A stretch of DNA of 64,000 bases. Origin: Tubulanus polymorphus (lineage: Eukaryota > Animalia > Nemertea). Every line of letters starts with the position of its first letter. The first letter of the stretch is position 1. A program made the position numbers and the translations under genes. Location: positions 9,784,275-9,848,274 of the forward strand of contig NC_134032.1 in assembly GCF_964204645.1 (NCBI RefSeq), written 5' to 3'. The notes under the pieces are model-generated. The model ran no database searches, was not told where the DNA came from, and worked only from the letters and a program-made list of their open reading frames with translations. Shown here in pieces: positions 59,250 to 64,000 of the stretch.

Positions 59250-59770
59250 AACTGTGCAACTGGGTCAAAAGTCAGATTCAGCTTCAACGCAACTGTGGAA
59301 CGTTGGACCCAGAGTCACAAGTAAACGTGTAGATCCTATATACAACCTGTGGAATCGGTCCAAACTCAATTAAGCCCGTAGGCAACTGTAGAACTGGGTG
59401 CCGAGTCAAATTAAACCACGCAACCGCGAAACTGTATCGGGAGTAATTGAACCCATACAACCTGTGGACTTGGGTCCAATGTGAAATTAAGCTCACGCAG
59501 TCAAATTAAACCATTACAGTTCCGTGGGACCGAGTCCAGAGACGGATAAAACCGATATACATCCCGTGGAACTGGTCCAAAGTGAAATTAAACCCTCACA
59601 ACTGCGGACCAGAGTCAAATCAAACCCATACAACTGTAGAACCGGGTTAAAAGTTAATAAACTGAAAACTTATTCAACTATGGCAATAAGCCCAAGTCGT
59701 GCAGGCGTGGAACTTGGTCCAGACAACTGTGCGCGGAAGTGGATCCAGACTCAAATCAAGCCCATACCAT
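59250..59770 (+). repeat. Minisatellite family C array
   Basis: Repeated CAACTGTGGAACTGGGTCC...AGTCAAATTAAACCC. Confidence 0.75.
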
Positions 59771-60159
59771 TGACAATGAGAACTAATGCAGACTTGCACC
59801 ACAAGGAGAGGGTTAAACATCAGCCTAATACGCGTAGAGATTATCTGCGACCTTGGTTGCGGTAAGTCGAAGGTCACATTTATATAATGTACAACAGACT
59901 GATAGTATATAAGTGACGTCGTTGCAAAAGGACAAAGATCACCGGGTAGATTGTAGATCGTACTACTACCCTTCCTCGACGAACCCGTTGTATTAATCAC
60001 TCCGCACTGTTCATATACGGTGAAATCACTTTATCTCTAAGACAAGAATTCGGGTTCAAGAATCAAGCGAACGATTTTCGTTCATGACGAAAATGCGATA
60101 ACCAATTTGCCCGGGTCGAATTCCAAATTGTCGAAGAGAGTTTGTCACAAGTATGGAAT

Positions 60160-61055
60160 ACGAGTTCGTCTCCGTAGAGCTCGTACTCATCCCTCGCTTG
60201 TAGATCGGCATTTCTTCTTCAAAGTTCATCAATTGTATGTGGGGAGATTACTCTAATGGATCCGAGGTTTACCGCAGCCACGGTATTCGAAAAGAGGGAA
60301 AAAAGTAGTATATCCCCTCATAGCCCAAATGAGTTCGTCTCCTCATAGCTCTCCGCAATGAGTTTGTCTCCCAACAGAGCTCAGATGAGGTAGTCACCAC
60401 AGAGCTCGAATGAGTTTGTCTCTTCATACCTCAAGAGGAGTTTGTCTCCAGAGCTCAAAGGAGATTTTTTTTTTTCAGAAATCAAATGAGTTTTTCTCAG
60501 AGCTCAAATAAGTTTGTCTCCTCAAAAGAGTTCACTTCAACTATAAAGCTTAGACCTAGGATTAATGACCTAGAGTAGGCTAAGACCGATACTCACTTGC
60601 TGATAGACCCCCGACATACTCCAGAGTTCCAGTACCACAGTTGTGAGTTAAGAGTTAAAATCAAGTCCATTTTCAATGTTTCAACTCTTAAGGGTCAAAT
60701 CTAACTCAGAACCGTGGAACTGGATGCAGTATCACACTTGTGTGAGTTACAGTTAACTCTCGAGTTAATAAAATCAATCAGTCCATTTTCAATGAGTTTC
60801 AACTCGAAAGGGTCAACTCACAAGCGTGGAATTGTATACAGTTCCGAAGCTGAGAGTTAGAGAACTCTAGAGTTAACTCCGAGAGTTAAAATCAATCAGT
60901 CCATTTTCAATGAGTTTTAAATCTTACAGGTCAAATTGAACTCACAATCCGTGGAATCGGATACAGTTCCGTAGCTGTGAGTTAGAGAATTCTCGAGTTA
61001 ACTCCGACGAAAGTTAAAATCAATTTCGAAAATCTCGCAACTGTGGAACCGGAGA
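60160..61055 (+). repeat. Two adjacent degenerate tandem arrays
   Basis: GAGTTYGTCTC...AGAGCTCAAAT units at 60160-60530, and ~115-120-bp GTGAGTTAGAG...TCCATTTTCAATGAG units at 60625-61055. Confidence 0.7.
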
Positions 61056-61659
61056 GAGTCAACCGTACCAGTGATAAATCCACAACAGAATCACTGAACT
61101 AAAACAAAATTCATCCTCGAAACAGCGGCGAAAAATTGATAAACGTATTATTTTTCGACGATATGAATTTCGTTAAAATGTCGAGGTAATTCTGTTGCAG
61201 CTCGTTATCAATCGTTCGACACACTCTCTCTCTCTCTCGACCGCAAAACTGCAACGTATACTCCTAATCCGAGGTCGTACTCCCCGTTACAATTGGCTCG
61301 AGGCCAATACGAGCGCCGCTAGCTGAAAAATACCGTCACCCGAAATTGAGAATATTTCCGACGACACCGACACACGGGTCACAATCACCAGCAGGATATA
61401 TACTAAACATACAGAGGGGTGAATAAAATTAGGTCAGCGGTTATAAACCACCGGAAAGGCAAATAATTAGAATTTTCATTGAAATGGACGAACATAGATA
61501 TAGGGGCAGGGAACCGGAAGCACTGCTATAGTGTAGTGGAGCGTCATTTAGTTCCTGGTCATTCATTGAAATAAGCTTACAACGAGCCACTGTTTAGTTT
61601 TTCAATTGAAAAATAGATGAATAGAATGAAATAGGCTGAAAACCCGAGAAACCTCAACT

Positions 61660-62200
61660 ACTTGTGCACACCAACCTCACTTGCCAGAACTGGAATCCTC
61701 TGTTACCGCAGTAGTTGATTTCCTACTGGCACTGCGCACTAGCGATACCTGGTGGATCCTCACTTGCCACAAGTGGAATTCTAGCCTATTGCCACAATAG
61801 TCGATGTCCTAGTACTGGACACTAGCGACACCAGGTGGATCTTTACTTGCCACAGTCCTAAATGAATTACAGTAGCCTATAGCCAAAGTAATTGATGTCC
61901 TACTGCACACTTACACACCTGGTGGATCCTCACTTGCCACGAGTGGAATCATCTATGGGCGCAGTATTTGATATCTTACCGCATACTAGTGACACTTGAC
62001 TGCTCCTCACGTTGCCACAAGTGGAATCGTCTAGCCTATTGTCACAGTTACGCAGATGATGCCGAGTACACATCGCACACTAGAGACACCTGGAGAATCC
62101 TGACTCACCCACAGACCTAGATGAAGTCCTGTATTGCCAAAGCAGTTGATATCCTACCGCACGCTCGCCAATCGCCAAACAACCTCAAGTGTAATCCTAT
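61660..62200 (-). repeat. Minisatellite family B, inverted degenerate array
   Basis: CCTGGTGGATCCTCACTTGCCAC units, the reverse complement of the 25.7-kb array. Confidence 0.85.
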
Positions 62201-62545
62201 ATCGTCGCTATCCTGGATGTCCTTCCGGCACATCAACGTACCTGGTAGGTGCTCTATATCGCCACAGTCGGTAAATTCGTTAAACGGACACAATGTATAT
62301 TTGGCTCACCTGATCCGGAGTCAAATTGAACCCACAACACTCTTCAAGTGGTTACATCACCACGACCTGCGGTAGTATATTAGCTTCAGTGAGTACGTAC
62401 TCCAAGCTTTCAGTAGCAAATTACCGATGTATATACTGAGACAGACTAACACTTCCTGTATTACAACAGGAAAAAAAAACTCACAAATAAACAAATTCCT
62501 TTCATCGCGAGAATATTCTGTACTCTATGCCTTCCTGATCATACT

Positions 62546-62612
<67 letters not shown>

Positions 62613-64000
62613 AAAAGGCAAAAGGCCATCCGCATTAATTCTCCCTATCCTCCCCTCCCCCTGATGTCATCATCGGCTACCTTGATAAATCCATATGAAA
62701 TGATGATGCCTAGAGACACTTCCAGAAAATATGACCGCCATCGCATACATAGATTCCCCAATGAAAAGCCAGACACTTCCAAAGAAAGTATGATTACCAT
62801 GATAAATTTCCTAATGGCGAGCCCTATAGCCTAGACACTTCCAGAAAAGATCGCGGACGTCGTAAATCCTTCTATGACATCATCAAATTACGCGTAGAGA
62901 CACATTTCAAGAAAATATGACCACTTCCGTAAATCCCTGCGACAAGCCCTATAGATACTTAATCTAAGATAAGATTGCAGCCGTCAAATCCCTCTTTTAC
63001 ATCATTAAATGCTGTACCTACACCAACCAGAGGGCGTCGCATAACACTGGGGTCATTCGTCAGTTCGTTTTCGATGATATTTGAAATTGGATTTTAGGCT
63101 TTCAAATTCAAATCATCGAATAGATATAAGATCCGCTTCACCACTCAGCGTACGGTACTCGCTGAAAATTGATTTATCAACGAAGAAAATAACTTAGAAT
63201 TTAAACGTAGAAGGAATTTGAAACGCTGTAACCCAGTGCCACTAGCGACACCTGGTGGAATCCTCGCTTGCCGCAGTAGCGTCGCCGGTACCCCATCACT
63301 CATAGAGATGCTCCAAGAAAAGATGGCTACCTCCATCCCATACGACATCATCAAACTAAACTCCTGTAGATATTTCCAGAAAAGTCGATGCCTCTATCAA
63401 TCCCCTAGATGGCCCTACTACATTTCCAGAAATAAAAGCACTTTCGCGAATTAATCGCTTTTTCACATTATTAAATTACTCGCGACAGACCCTTCCGGAA
63501 CAGGTGGCCCTGTCTCCTGACATTAAACATTAAAAACAGTCGCCGAATAAAAAATACCGATAATTACAGTATGGATATAAATAATGACATGATCAGCCAA
63601 ATGACTATTAAAAGGCTTTTTTCCACTACTCGCTATAAATAGTAATAATTCGTTTGCGGCTAAATTTATCTCGGTGCAAATGGAGCGTAAGGAACTGATG
63701 ATGCGCGCTCCCAGTGGTTACAGCAGCATCAATCAGCTTCCTGATTATCATTTGTCAGCATCTTTTAGCCACTTTGCTTGTACGTTGTAATTTCGACTGC
63801 AGTGCATTAAAAAGTAGCCGCCGTTTAAGACAATCTATCAATTTTATCTAAATTGCCGACCGTAGTATCCAGAAATAGAAATGATACCTATTTATCATCA
63901 CCCAGCTTTATGAAAACCTACAAACAATTCTTCCAATGCAATTTCAGGGTTCTTGGTCTCCAAGACCAGTCTCAGACTTTCGAGGACCTTTTTGAGACCC

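Overview
Eukaryotic (animal, probably marine invertebrate) genomic DNA in two parts. (1) 1-~11,195 is the terminal 11 kb of a very AT-rich, intron-less, endogenous Polinton/Maverick-type virus. It has ten tightly packed minus-strand genes: an intact 1340-aa protein-primed DNA polymerase B (Zn fingers, vOTU-like protease, HNH/EndoVII insert), a penton-like and a major-capsid-like jelly-roll gene, and five membrane-protein genes. The end is a ~400-bp imperfect hairpin followed by a CT-3' terminus. Seven consecutive genes are each preceded by TAA-T7/8-N6/7-TAAATG, the architecture of a poxvirus late promoter, which suggests a virophage-like dependence on a cytoplasmic pox/asfar-like helper. (2) 11.2-64 kb is host DNA with spliced genes reconstructed by hand: a 62-aa secreted six-cysteine peptide resembling sea-anemone APETx/BDS defensin-fold toxins (missed by the ORF track), AAMP, a PAF-acetylhydrolase with a large acidic insertion, FBXO16, and PTP4A/PRL phosphatase. 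The PTP4A 5' leader carries a conserved peptide uORF. Many MITEs, a tRNA-derived SINE and several dispersed minisatellite families are interspersed. All family assignments come from motif recognition without database searches.
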